This document shows positions 13,601 to 20,309 of a DNA stretch of 43,977 nt, piece after piece. A program made the position numbers and the translations under genes. The stretch lies in the IMG/VR virus record IMGVR_UViG_3300042940_001755; one strand, written 5' to 3'. The stretch's first letter is position 1, and the number at the start of each line of letters is the position of its first letter. The stretch is from a virus (lineage: Duplodnaviria; Heunggongvirae; Uroviricota; Caudoviricetes). The notes under the pieces are model-generated. The model was not told the origin of the DNA. It was given only the letters and a program-made list of their open reading frames with translations, and searched no databases.

Positions 13601-16600
13601 GCAGAATCCAATTTCCTAGACTGGTAAGGCCTGCCGAACGTAGCCCTGAACCTAAGATGCCTCTGAATGGAGTGGTAACATAACGACTCATAAGGGTCGG
13701 CAAATCTTTACCAAAAGCCATCATCGCCATCGCTAACGCATCAAACACAGCGTGTCCAATAGGTTGGTCTTGGAAGACAGAGTCAAATCCACCCACAAAG
13801 TCCAACGCCAGAGCAGCTGCACCAAGAAACACAAACTTACGAGCGCCACCGAACATCTCTCTAGAGAGTGTCTGTAATAATGAGCCTGTCATCCCAGAGC
13901 GGAAGCGTCCTGTAAAGAACTTCATCAATGGTTCTAGCTTGTCTTGTAACCCTTGAATACGAGTCTCAAAGATGCCCATCCATTTAAGAACATTCAAGAC
14001 GTTGTTGCCAAAGAGAATACCGCCCACTAAGCCAAGTGCATTCCCTAATTCTAGAGTATCTGCTACTTTAAATAGCCCTTGGAACGCTGGACCGATGACG
14101 CCGCCTAGGTTCTCTAGCATAGCTCTCATGCCACTGGCAATTACGCCAAAGATCAAAGATATAGTGCCTGGGAGATTATCTACGAAGCTGGCGAAAGTAT
14201 CACCGAGGAACGCACCCACTGCAGAACCAGACATATTAGCTAAATTCTTAGCCAGGTCGGTATCTTTCAGAGAGCTTGCTAACTGCATCCAAGCGCGTTG
14301 ACCGGCTCGCTTCACAGCGCCTTCTAACAAGCCAAGGATATCGCCTTTCGGAAGCAATGAGGGAAGGAATTTACCAGTAAGATGTAATAGTACTGCTTTC
14401 GCGAATATCACCCCCGAACTGTTAGCCATGTTATGACCAATTTCCTTCAAAGCACTGCCAACTCCTTTGAAGTCGCCTGTTGAGATTGCTACAACTAGCT
14501 TGCCTGATTTGAACGAAGTAAAGGCTGCAGCCATGCTAGCTGCTACTCCTGAGAGCTTAGCCTGTAATGTATCGATGTTGAAGCTATCAGCTATTTTTCC
14601 GAACAACTTAGATCCGGCATCGTATACTGTCTTGAACGCTGCTATGACATAATCGGCAAATGCAGAGATGTACTTCGCCACTGTGGACACCATCTCCTTC
14701 GCGCCATCCACCACATCAATTACGAGGTCTGTCCACCAAGAGTGGGCAATAACTTCGTCATAGATTAAGAAGAAGTAATGAACAACTTTCTCATAGAACC
14801 CTTTAATGTAGCCTACAACATCATCAAGGGAAGGCAGGCTTTCTTCGATAGCCTCTACTGTCTTGGTGAAGAAATCACCAAAAGACAATGTAGGCAATGT
14901 AGAGGTGAGAGCTGCTAGCCTGTCTTTTACAAAGTTGTGGACAGCATCCATTACAGTCTTTAACTTACCTAAGATATCTACGTCTGGTAAGCTGAACCGA
15001 GATATTAGGGCAGTTGCCCAGTCTTTGAAGGCTTTAAACCCTTTAGAGAAGTAACTTTGTAAGGCAGAGAGGTCGAACGATGGTGTCGGAAACAAGTCTT
15101 TCAATTTGAAGCTTAGCTTGCCGAGGTTAATAGCTGCAAACCCCTTCTTCGCTAAAGCGCTAACACTTTTCACTAAATCTCTGATGAGGCGCATCACCAC
15201 AATCTTCACAGCGCCGAATGACGTAGTGTCTAAAGAGAATCTAAGTCCTGTAACTAGGTTCTTAAGGTTACCGCCCAGGCCTTTCAGACCCGTAAAGTTT
15301 CCTGCAACCTTCGCAGCCTTTCTGAGTGTAGAAGTGAACAGAGTCAGACCAGGAATCAAGTCAATAAAATCTGCTGCTTCTCTCAGAAAGTGTCTAGCCC
15401 CTGCCGCTGCATTTAGGAATACCTTGTTGATGTCTAGCTTATCTGCGAGATCATCCAAGAAGTTTAATAATCCAGACAATGCATCCTCTGGAATTAGCGC
15501 CTTGATTCCTTTACCGATTAACCCAAATGTATCAAACAAGTAAAAGAACTCAGTACGGGACATGGCCCTCGCGAGCTTTGAGAATGACGATTTCGTGAAT
15601 GAGACAATTGTAGACAGTACTGTATTTAATTTAGCGCCAAAGAATACAAAGGCGTCTAGCTTCAATGCCTTAGAAAGACCAATACTCTCCAAACTGCTGT
15701 AGAGTAGGTGCCCGACTGCACTCATTTGGGCGCGTATCCCAGCCAAGAAGCTGGTCTCAAAGAAATTGAGAAACAGACCTGCAGAACTCATTGTGGCCTT
15801 TAAGGACATCCCCATAGATTTCTCTAGAGACCCGAAAACACCTGTTAATCCTGTAGTCTTAAAGTTCTCTAACGAGGACAATACTGTACCGACACTCCCC
15901 ATTCTCACAACAAACACATTGAAGAAATGAGACACAGCCAACTCTGCACTTGCGAATGATCTTACAAAGAAGGCTGTAATACCAAATGCGTCTAATACAG
16001 CCTTAGCGCGTCTAGCAATAATATCAAAGAACCATAAGGCTGGCTTTATCGCCATTCCCCACTTTTCTCTGAAAGCATCTACTCCGTCTCTTAGTGCCAT
16101 TCCCATCTCAAAAGCTGATTTAGTCACATCACCGACCTTATTGGTAATTGTTCCTAATGCCTGACTAAACTGAGTGGTGTACCCTGTGCCCTTTAAGAAT
16201 TCATCAAATGTAGTCTTGAAACTTTCTTTAACACGCCCCATCTGCGCATCAAGTGTAGGTGTTATATTGGCTAACTTGGCCTCTAAGGCACCAGCTTGCC
16301 CAATAAGTGCACCGAACACTTGCTCAGAAGTTAATTTGCCAGCTGCCGCCATCTGACGCAACTCACCTGTAGAGACATGCAACGAATCAGCGATGGCTCC
16401 CGCTAATGGGAGAGCCTGCTCCATCACTGAGTTGAATTCTTCACCTCTAAGAACGCCCGCGCCCAATCCTTGTGATAGCTGAAATACAGCCGCTTTAAAG
16501 CCCTCTAAGTTCCCACCTGCGATGGTACTAGCAGCTTGTATCGCTTTTGTTGCAGTCAATAAAGCTTCGGTAGAAGGCTTTAAAGAGGCAGCACTACTGC

Positions 16601-16937
16601 CTAGGGCTGCGAAAGTAGCAGCCGTATCGGAAAGGGTGGTCTGTGTAGACTTAGCAATGTCACTAACGCCACTTAGTGCTTCGCCCATAGCAGCTGTTCG
16701 GTCTGTTACTGCGGCTATTTTATTCTCCAGTTGGCCAAATTCAACAGTGATATCCTTGGCTACTTTTGCCATCATCAACAAGGAGCCAACCGCAGCGCCT
16801 CCTACTACTAAGTTCTTGAAGCCATTTACCATACCTCCGACATTCTTTGTAATGTCTGACACAGTATGATTGAGAGTCTCCATATCTCTTTGGACCTTGT
16901 CGACTTTGGCGCTGACTTCGATCTCAATACCTGACAT
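4659..16937 (-). CDS. Tape measure protein, 4092 aa, with internal GH73-like peptidoglycan hydrolase
   Basis: N-terminal tape-measure domain (FQLSQGLGAGVLRGEEFNSVMEQA); Ala/Gly-rich helical composition; follows the tail chaperones; strong SD (AGGAGG) upstream; C-terminal F(A)xGG.V.GPGT..SDSIPA.LS.GEFVVNA motifs typical of tape measure proteins. Confidence 0.93.
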   Translation of the reverse strand: MSGIEIEVSAKVDKVQRDMETLNHTVSDITKNVGGMVNGFKNLVVGGAAVGSLLMMAKVAKDITVEFGQLENKIAAVTDRTAAMGEALSGVSDIAKSTQTTLSDTAATFAALGSSAASLKPSTEALLTATKAIQAASTIAGGNLEGFKAAVFQLSQGLGAGVLRGEEFNSVMEQALPLAGAIADSLHVSTGELRQMAAAGKLTSEQVFGALIGQAGALEAKLANITPTLDAQMGRVKESFKTTFDEFLKGTGYTTQFSQALGTITNKVGDVTKSAFEMGMALRDGVDAFREKWGMAIKPALWFFDIIARRAKAVLDAFGITAFFVRSFASAELAVSHFFNVFVVRMGSVGTVLSSLENFKTTGLTGVFGSLEKSMGMSLKATMSSAGLFLNFFETSFLAGIRAQMSAVGHLLYSSLESIGLSKALKLDAFVFFGAKLNTVLSTIVSFTKSSFSKLARAMSRTEFFYLFDTFGLIGKGIKALIPEDALSGLLNFLDDLADKLDINKVFLNAAAGARHFLREAADFIDLIPGLTLFTSTLRKAAKVAGNFTGLKGLGGNLKNLVTGLRFSLDTTSFGAVKIVVMRLIRDLVKSVSALAKKGFAAINLGKLSFKLKDLFPTPSFDLSALQSYFSKGFKAFKDWATALISRFSLPDVDILGKLKTVMDAVHNFVKDRLAALTSTLPTLSFGDFFTKTVEAIEESLPSLDDVVGYIKGFYEKVVHYFFLIYDEVIAHSWWTDLVIDVVDGAKEMVSTVAKYISAFADYVIAAFKTVYDAGSKLFGKIADSFNIDTLQAKLSGVAASMAAAFTSFKSGKLVVAISTGDFKGVGSALKEIGHNMANSSGVIFAKAVLLHLTGKFLPSLLPKGDILGLLEGAVKRAGQRAWMQLASSLKDTDLAKNLANMSGSAVGAFLGDTFASFVDNLPGTISLIFGVIASGMRAMLENLGGVIGPAFQGLFKVADTLELGNALGLVGGILFGNNVLNVLKWMGIFETRIQGLQDKLEPLMKFFTGRFRSGMTGSLLQTLSREMFGGARKFVFLGAAALALDFVGGFDSVFQDQPIGHAVFDALAMAMMAFGKDLPTLMSRYVTTPFRGILGSGLRSAGLTSLGNWILPTAGPRASMISVASAMISGVHDLFTTRAAALMRPGTRTFMEALLLGRSVGSIPPALRAAIPAWQMALIAAERAGRHSIRTSLGSIVATTPVIGPMVAGLQSLANTMRTSTTAGGAFARAMSSLVRPLTVVAMLAGLFASMGAFAAEDQTVKVDVKPTESPYKKMMEDIRGPLKSGLDAIKEVTSVIWDNFVMIDTALIGGVALLKIFGFLARVSEAAILSGASGTALIGLALRPATSGFAKLAAGVQFFSMQTRVAAVLIGSLFTVLAKLSSEDALAPLMNNIGESVGDALNIDNSGYLDKLHSISSATGDFFKSMFSFLDQSKKLATWGLIGALVGGFGFWGVRMKQLAAEARIARRELNPMQASNNFVGPRVPGSVGTPTFIGPMNAGFNRNAPYRGAAPVVATKSSAGVRMAGGALLAADLLGAFDSAIDPDSIGHIFIRAAAGALVLFGRTLTDGLLGMLGKAASPWGLAIGGIIAAAIFTGLKMSKTEDQGGVPKGFFSELMSLETLSVAAFGVFAVGARKAVLYWGEIRAAAEVARVAQTASLAAFNVQQAFVGPLAPGMPGYVGAPTMFGGRAYHAAGAPPVAPVVGSFTARAAAAMAASPLTYMPATMMGKAMPMMTKIGATAGMAFAAGFATTELFGLKDYGTEATLIGGLIGWNLIGGLITKITPILSTGLAGMFGLLVVSGGLLWAYFSGNGTLSERMDQAMHKMKEIIGMGTKLRKNTGDGLDAPMTAFAKDNNFSLNYDMTRINMDILSPKQRNKLEGAFDKFYESMSELKKKVDEGEEITPADRDATQRKLGNLERQYARALSETRFDFKGKMPDIKSFEKFEGFSNADYAKAILENPGTFASAKLGRGAQSQKDWKEARKGIELFDGVKKGVELFERVAKSSATNSVTPNLTTAINGVSATTFAAMKELRDNMAEGSTGSLWGQRSNAQLEATSKEGLAIMAALQARIDAEVAVSQQSILFGKELTELGNRMSKVDLKIDWDVTSATEDLRNQLSQATFALDYWTKKLKDRNSGDTPAKAVTEDMFKAAGLVLPKKDDPKYVTMNRPAWNEQQRQEYADVTAYSEYAVPEMATGVEYDDAQFRADTADIMKKRAALSKELAAPDMAASARVHDESARAKMYAKQEADRAIEWGALAGSKLSSTLANLSGKVGIELPAGHIALGDKESAAVKDILKGVSDTLARLDAPEISKQEAMPDMPRQEDFTKEGKSQWTRSGFTKTSVPDFEGYEKAMTAFTEMQKQMALSVADKEKAASDPEYASKLRSKAANDIFDKVNGNAAARALNNQSVFESNSIDPSRVNARYGANAAQDASAKIQREMLIQQFSKGVDKSAFEASAKRVKAIMESIKIPDYQPLLAAVNSIDSTITGESLQFLSKEQLAALDKAATDIEIIESKLKNSELLPEQSAALLAEKFKIIEESSKITESIYHRIGSKITEAMGKAGFDDAKVAANQGMSPQMYAAGAALTAAEKDRGKSTSVSEWVTRSLEVHRLTLEVQMLNASLALTGDEMAQAFSDIGVTTAAAMSKLDGKLPFALFRAGRRAKVDLAAASDEASFKRAMKEGAVVERAKLLLTKQYQSLKAGFESAKSALSLSFDESSFGRVSSSLMNTLINVANGFEIALSDAMSNPDLWKSLTAQMEILKDDAAILSGLDTIAKDVANSKRESGKANYDRVTAAKPNLNLSRAEYSFVPAADKAAFTAEADLQRVYDALDSMTLTPVLADTADSMFKNGSTAKEISDTLSKIGGDDFTAKWGDAYKASLSPLQLNSTATEENTKAILSWTSMLQAKPATAVPAVDTAPAKLEKTDYAIHKSTPFAQDMLTRAKPYADKLGLPADALVAQSAWETGWGKAIRTKEGGGSTNNLFNIKATKNWKGGRSARPATDGGYFRAYESLEDSLADYVALIQKAPRYAKAVIAAKAGDVNQYFKELQAAGYAGASTHYASDLSKLNVRGKAAARNKYAVPDETAKAAVSIKEAAKKPAELINASFQEVSNQVAASSEQLVDTVINIKERAADETQHLAGRVTREKPYDRSVAQYEADFEAYKSDFHAKRRVATGNEGLGIEPIAYNLADIAQSAELTTFAEQIKLAKEALDSATNAEDAAKAQEALLQYQSGLESLTTSIMENAKSIENAGKSFKDGMKGFAESTFKDLLEGNTKGIGKKMLDGFTGHVTDTLSKGLAASFGFGRGGMMDKMMERTGSMLFAGPGSLLGSIPGVGDLLSGLGGGSLVGKTPEDTFSSAVDKFAASVGLMGAGGVGAAAAAAASSGGIMDTIGSVAPWLLGGAGVIGAGYLLKNGISQDVLKGAGYGKADIGNINTLFGSSGEDFDPFNASLFDSKSDKTSSFLSDLFTEKSRGELTSSIKSAGGNPWLDDGMKSVIAGKSDGMFDWLIGDDGFLGKNGSIANIFSSKTKEGEGGMLDWLIGDNGIWGFLKKMIMGENMDGTGGLVGGIASIWSSLGFAEGGHVSGPGTSKSDSIPAMLSDGEFVVNAKATRKHAGLLQAINSGSELVHRAEGGFIGTAMSLASPIMSLVGSINASSANAELEKAAKELQKAALMLMGGGKGGVADGISSAMSKALPTTKGDKGMFSGITDWLGITSPDTSVDMSPVAAAEGSLTDTLDKFTGKTTTSAMMSPVDAKGLTSKLDEMTKPDSGFFSGIGDSISSWFDGGGGDAASGLTRVPIEKTADFMNASPDIQSALSSALPDGITAQNSSLSSVLGGGKGGGGLSSLFGGGSSADSFVGPMQPDQGMFSGLSTMMDDMTTMMDDMLGGLMDSLSGLMDGLMDGLSGAMSGIMDGLSGALGGIGDLLGGAGGGIMDGLSGLGGMFMGMFADGGHVSGPGTSTSDSIPALLSNGEFVVNAKATAQHAGLLKAINSGSVIKRAMGGGVGSIPTSPAILTTPTMASNTAAAKAGEKAVSNKSSVVNMNITGDISRQTRSEIYKMLPDITQGVNNNNKESNYRS
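4915..6172 (-). repeat. Duplicated ~47-aa C-terminal tape measure motif (copies at ~6035-6172 and ~4915-5058)
   Basis: FAEGGHVSGPGTSKSDSIPAMLSDGEFVVNAKATRKHAGLLQAINSG versus FADGGHVSGPGTSTSDSIPALLSNGEFVVNAKATAQHAGLLKAINSG. Confidence 0.9.
7720..8120 (-). other. GH73 (FlgJ/glucosaminidase-like) domain within the tape measure protein (approximate bounds)
   Basis: LVAQSAWETGWG...NNLFNIKATKNWKG...FRAYESLEDSLADYVALIQKAPRY...LQAAGYA matches FlgJ-type muramidase motifs. Confidence 0.85.
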
Positions 16938-16957
16938 AACTTCCTCCTATTGTTAGT

Positions 16958-16998
16958 AAAAAACCCCCTACAGGCATAATACAGCTCCGTAGGGGGTT
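16958..16998 (-). terminator. Putative intrinsic terminator upstream of the tape measure gene
   Basis: Minus strand AACCCCCTAC-17 nt loop-GTAGGGGGTT, a perfect 10-bp stem, ending in a run of 6 T in the 68-nt intergenic gap. Confidence 0.7.
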
Positions 16999-17005
16999 AG
17001 TTTTG

Positions 17006-17284
17006 TTACGCTTTTGAGTGCACAATAGTGCCATTGGCATGTACACCCTGATGCGCGAGAAGCGTTCTCTCAATGAAATGAGATGGCGCTTGGGTTGAAG
17101 AGCCTGAGTTCAAGTCATCAATGTAATCTACTTTGTTGACTATCTTTCCATCTTCAATTTCCCACCCATCCCGTGCAACCCCCGTATCCACGGGAGTGGC
17201 GGCTTTCAGTTCATCCACAAGCTTGTGCAGAACCTTTTTCTTCCGAGCCGCTAGCTCGGTGTTGAACTTTAACATTATATCCAC
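17006..17284 (-). CDS. HK97 gp10-like tail/neck component, 92 aa
   Basis: ATPVDTGVARDGWEIE matches the PVDTG..R..W signature of this family. Confidence 0.65.
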   Translation of the reverse strand: MDIMLKFNTELAARKKKVLHKLVDELKAATPVDTGVARDGWEIEDGKIVNKVDYIDDLNSGSSTQAPSHFIERTLLAHQGVHANGTIVHSKA

Positions 17285-17608
17285 TTAGAACTCCAGTTTG
17301 TGGCCGCCAGTTGCCGTTAGTAATTGGGCGAATACAGAAGAGCCCTTTAAGGCCGCTATTCCCACCTCACCATCAATTACATCGGCCTTTGATGAATTGT
17401 AAATCGCATCCAAGGAGTGGAATAGAGCCCATGGCTTTTCTTTCACACCCTGCGCTTGTAACAACTTAGCAGCTCTATCGTCAGCACGCCACTCTACAGG
17501 TCGCTGCTCAAAGTAAGATAACCAATTTAAGAATTCTTCGTAGGACATCTCCGCACGTAACTGATACACAGGCATACGGAGATGATACGCTACTTCGTAG
17601 ATTGGCAA
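17285..17608 (-). CDS. Tail assembly chaperone C-terminal part (gpT-like), probably made as a G-T fusion by -1 frameshift
   Basis: The -1 frame is open from the slippery site (GKVVLGPELLPIYEVAYHLRMPV...); the listed start is a TTG; MSYEEFLNWLSYFEQRP is typical of T-parts. Confidence 0.8.
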   Translation of the reverse strand: MPIYEVAYHLRMPVYQLRAEMSYEEFLNWLSYFEQRPVEWRADDRAAKLLQAQGVKEKPWALFHSLDAIYNSSKADVIDGEVGIAALKGSSVFAQLLTATGGHKLEF

Positions 17609-17625
17609 TAATTCTGGACCGAGAA

Positions 17626-17943
17626 CTACTTTCCCGCGTCTGCGCCCATTCCAGAGAACTTCATGATTTCGCCAGACAATTTAGACAACTCATCCATAGC
17701 GAATGTGCCAAAGTCTTCGTCTGTCAAATCAGCACCGCCCTCTGAGCCTGCGCGAATAACTGTCTTGAGCAATTCCAAGCCAGCCATTTCATTTGTCTCA
17801 GCGTCTTTCGCTTGAGCTTGGATGTTAACTACTTCGTCAACACTTAATTTAGAGATTTTGAGGCTACTGCCCATGAATTTCACTTCTTTAGTCATGCGTT
17901 GACCGACTAAACCTTTAATACCGCTAGTTGCTACTGTTGTCAT
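17626..17943 (-). CDS. Tail assembly chaperone (gpG-like), ~105 aa; start reassigned to MTTVATSG
   Basis: Between tail tube and tape measure genes; ends GCG GGA AAG TAG; SD-like AAGGA upstream of the ATG at 17943. Confidence 0.8.
   Translation of the reverse strand: MTTVATSGIKGLVGQRMTKEVKFMGSSLKISKLSVDEVVNIQAQAKDAETNEMAGLELLKTVIRAGSEGGADLTDEDFGTFAMDELSKLSGEIMKFSGMGADAGK
17629..17635 (-). promoter_or_regulatory. -1 programmed ribosomal frameshift slippery heptamer G GGA AAG
   Basis: Identical to the lambda G-T slippery sequence, in X XXY YYZ phase, just before the stop codon; a -1 shift reads into the downstream ORF giving 219 aa. Confidence 0.85.
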
Positions 17944-18178
17944 TGGAAGAATCCTTATATGAGAGATGGAAGTCATTGATAACTTTCCGAAGTTGATGTA
18001 AAACGGATAATGTGTGGAGTACGCGAGCAGACATCTGTGCGTTGCCTGCGTATTCTTCTACACGGTCGATTGTTTTGTTAATACTAAAATCCACATTACG
18101 AAGCAGGTACCCGACCGTTAAGTCAAGTACCTTCTCTGTATTGAGCTGTGGAAGTTTCTTCTTTCCTAACTCAGTCAT
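17924..18178 (-). CDS. Hypothetical protein, 84 aa
   Basis: Fills the gap between the second tail tube gene and gpG; SD-like AGG upstream; no family recognised. Confidence 0.6.
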   Translation of the reverse strand: MTELGKKKLPQLNTEKVLDLTVGYLLRNVDFSINKTIDRVEEYAGNAQMSARVLHTLSVLHQLRKVINDFHLSYKDSSNDNSSN

Positions 18179-18185
18179 CTGCTAC

Positions 18186-18764
18186 CTATATTGTGTAGGC
18201 GCCTTTGATTTCCGATTGAATCGAAATGGTCAATTTAGCAGCAAGAGCGTCTGTCAAGGAAGGCGTGACCTCTAACGCTTCTACTTTTCCTAAGAAGTAG
18301 TAAGAAGAGTTCTGAACAGCACCTAGACTTCCAGCTGTATCTGAGTAGCCGCCGCCTGCCACTGACTGAGGGTCTTTATCTGCCAATGTAAAGCGAAACA
18401 CGCGAAGGACACCATCCCCAATAGTGATATTGGTAGAAGTGCCGAGTTTGTTATTAGACCAGTCACCTGGAATGAAGTTGATCGTCAACTCCATGTTGTT
18501 CAAGTCAGCCTGACCGTTGATCTGCGAAGAAGTCTTTTGGCCATAAACAGGCACCTTGACAATGTTCGCAGGTGTTCCGATCGCTGGAAACTCTTTAACA
18601 TTCTTAATACGCAAGAACGCACCAGCTGCCTCGGTACCTGAGAAGTTACTTTGGCAGTTTGCCACCGCAGAAATGTCACCAAGTGATTTAGGTGCTGTGC
18701 TAGCGTTGTCAGTAACAACTAATGAAGTGAACAACGCCGCAGTCAATGTACTTAAATGTGCCAT
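18186..18764 (-). CDS. Major tail (tube) protein, paralogue 2, ~192 aa (start MAHLSTL)
   Basis: IKNVKEFPAIGTPANIVKVPVYGQKTSSQINGQADLNNMELTINF...YFLGKVEALEVTPSLTDALAAKLTISIQS, a siphovirus tail-tube pattern; SD GAGG upstream. Confidence 0.8.
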   Translation of the reverse strand: MAHLSTLTAALFTSLVVTDNASTAPKSLGDISAVANCQSNFSGTEAAGAFLRIKNVKEFPAIGTPANIVKVPVYGQKTSSQINGQADLNNMELTINFIPGDWSNNKLGTSTNITIGDGVLRVFRFTLADKDPQSVAGGGYSDTAGSLGAVQNSSYYFLGKVEALEVTPSLTDALAAKLTISIQSEIKGAYTI

Positions 18765-18766
18765 GA

Positions 18767-19588
18767 TTAGCCCTCTGTCCACGCACCTGAGATGCGTGAT
18801 TGAATTGAAATAGTCAACTTAGCTGTGATAGCGTCTGTCAAGGAAGGTGTCACTTCTACCGCTTCTAATTTACCTAAGAAATAGTAGATGGAATTCTGGA
18901 TCAGCCCCAACGAATTCGTTGTAGTCGCTGCAGGGATTGTTCCCAAGGCATCGGTCGATTCATCAATATAGGCGTTGTTATACTTCGTTGTAGCAGTATT
19001 TGTTGTATCAGGGTCAGTGGCCAATAAGGCGAATCTGAACAAGTAGACCTTGCCATCACCAACTTTAGGAACATTGGTGCCACTACCTGCCCCCAAATTG
19101 CCATTAGTGCCATCAGCCTTGTGAAGAGCACTATCTTTCCAGTAATCAGGTACAAAATTGACTGTCAACTCCATGTTGTTCAAGTCAGCCTGTGCATTGA
19201 TCTGCTTAGAAGTCTTTGTTCCGTACTCCGGAACTTTAACAATGTTAGCAGGTGTTCCGATTGCTGGAAACTCTTTGATGTTGATAATACGAGTGTACTG
19301 CGAGAAATATCCTGCAGCCGTGTTCCGGTCATTCTGTGCCGCGTCATTTGCCGCCGTATTAACCAATAAGCTGTTAGCCACCGCATTGGTAAAGTAAGAT
19401 GACGCGTCTTGGCCCGCATTGTCTGGACTTCTGAAGCCATTAAACCCATTCATTGTCATAGGGTTGGTTACCGCACCGCCTAGCCCCATTCTCTCAAAGT
19501 GCTCCATTGCAAGAGTAGAAGGAACAGGAGTAGTACTTAGTGCCAAATCAGTAAACATAGCCGCAGCTAGTGTTGAGATATGTGCCAT
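18767..19588 (-). CDS. Major tail (tube) protein, paralogue 1, 273 aa
   Basis: Same core motifs as the downstream paralogue (KEFPAIGTPANIVKVP.YG.KTS.QIN.QADLNNMELT; YFLGK.EA.EVTPSLTDA); follows the tail terminator gene. Confidence 0.8.
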   Translation of the reverse strand: MAHISTLAAAMFTDLALSTTPVPSTLAMEHFERMGLGGAVTNPMTMNGFNGFRSPDNAGQDASSYFTNAVANSLLVNTAANDAAQNDRNTAAGYFSQYTRIINIKEFPAIGTPANIVKVPEYGTKTSKQINAQADLNNMELTVNFVPDYWKDSALHKADGTNGNLGAGSGTNVPKVGDGKVYLFRFALLATDPDTTNTATTKYNNAYIDESTDALGTIPAATTTNSLGLIQNSIYYFLGKLEAVEVTPSLTDAITAKLTISIQSRISGAWTEG

Positions 19589-19591
19589 AAT

Positions 19592-19978
19592 TTATAAACT
19601 CTCAAAGTAATTAAAGGGAATTGTATAACCCATTCTGAACAACAAGGGATTCACCTTGTCTTCTTTCCCCTCACCTAAGGTGCTGGTCTTGAATTGGACA
19701 TTATCAAATGTCTTGTTACAGAAGTGGCTATCCAGTTTATCAGCAATCTCGAATGCGCGATGCGCTCCGTTATTTGCTGCGATGAAAATATCAATGATCA
19801 CCACACCAGCGATAGAGTTACGATTAACCCCGCTGCTGCCTGGGATGATTGATACGCGAATGTATTCATTTGCCTTCGCTGCAAAGTTGGAAGGGTACGT
19901 AGGGATCTTCTCGGCGGCCCATGCAGGAGCTCCGAAGACAGCGTACACACCTTTCTCTACTGATAAATATCTAGACAT
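19592..19978 (-). CDS. Tail terminator / completion protein, 128 aa
   Basis: YIRVSIIPG...GVVIIDIFIAANNG...AFEIADKLDSHF pattern; position before the tail tube genes. Confidence 0.7.
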   Translation of the reverse strand: MSRYLSVEKGVYAVFGAPAWAAEKIPTYPSNFAAKANEYIRVSIIPGSSGVNRNSIAGVVIIDIFIAANNGAHRAFEIADKLDSHFCNKTFDNVQFKTSTLGEGKEDKVNPLLFRMGYTIPFNYFESL

Positions 19979-20309
19979 TAGCGTACACCTCTAATACTGT
20001 TGTATGCTTATTGGATTGGATGTATTTTGCAATCTTCCAAGTAACGTCACCGATCAGCACAGTGTCGTAGAACTTGATATTCTCTGCCTTGATTAGCAGC
20101 TTTAGTGATTTAGAGCCGTCCTCTAGAGTACGCTCTTTCATAATAATCGCCTTGGCGTGCACATCAGGCAACGTTGAGACTGTTGCAGCGGCTGTATTGA
20201 AATCAAAGGACTGAGAAGCTGCAATAGTAATGACTATGTCGACAGCCAACTCCTTCACCTGTGCAAAGGCTGTTAAAAGGCCTTTATCAACCAATGATGC
20301 GATTGACAT
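19971..20309 (-). CDS. Head closure / head-tail joining protein, ~112 aa (start MSIASLV)
   Basis: TAATG overlap with the adaptor gene; beta-rich small protein in the canonical position. Confidence 0.6.
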   Translation of the reverse strand: MSIASLVDKGLLTAFAQVKELAVDIVITIAASQSFDFNTAAATVSTLPDVHAKAIIMKERTLEDGSKSLKLLIKAENIKFYDTVLIGDVTWKIAKYIQSNKHTTVLEVYANV

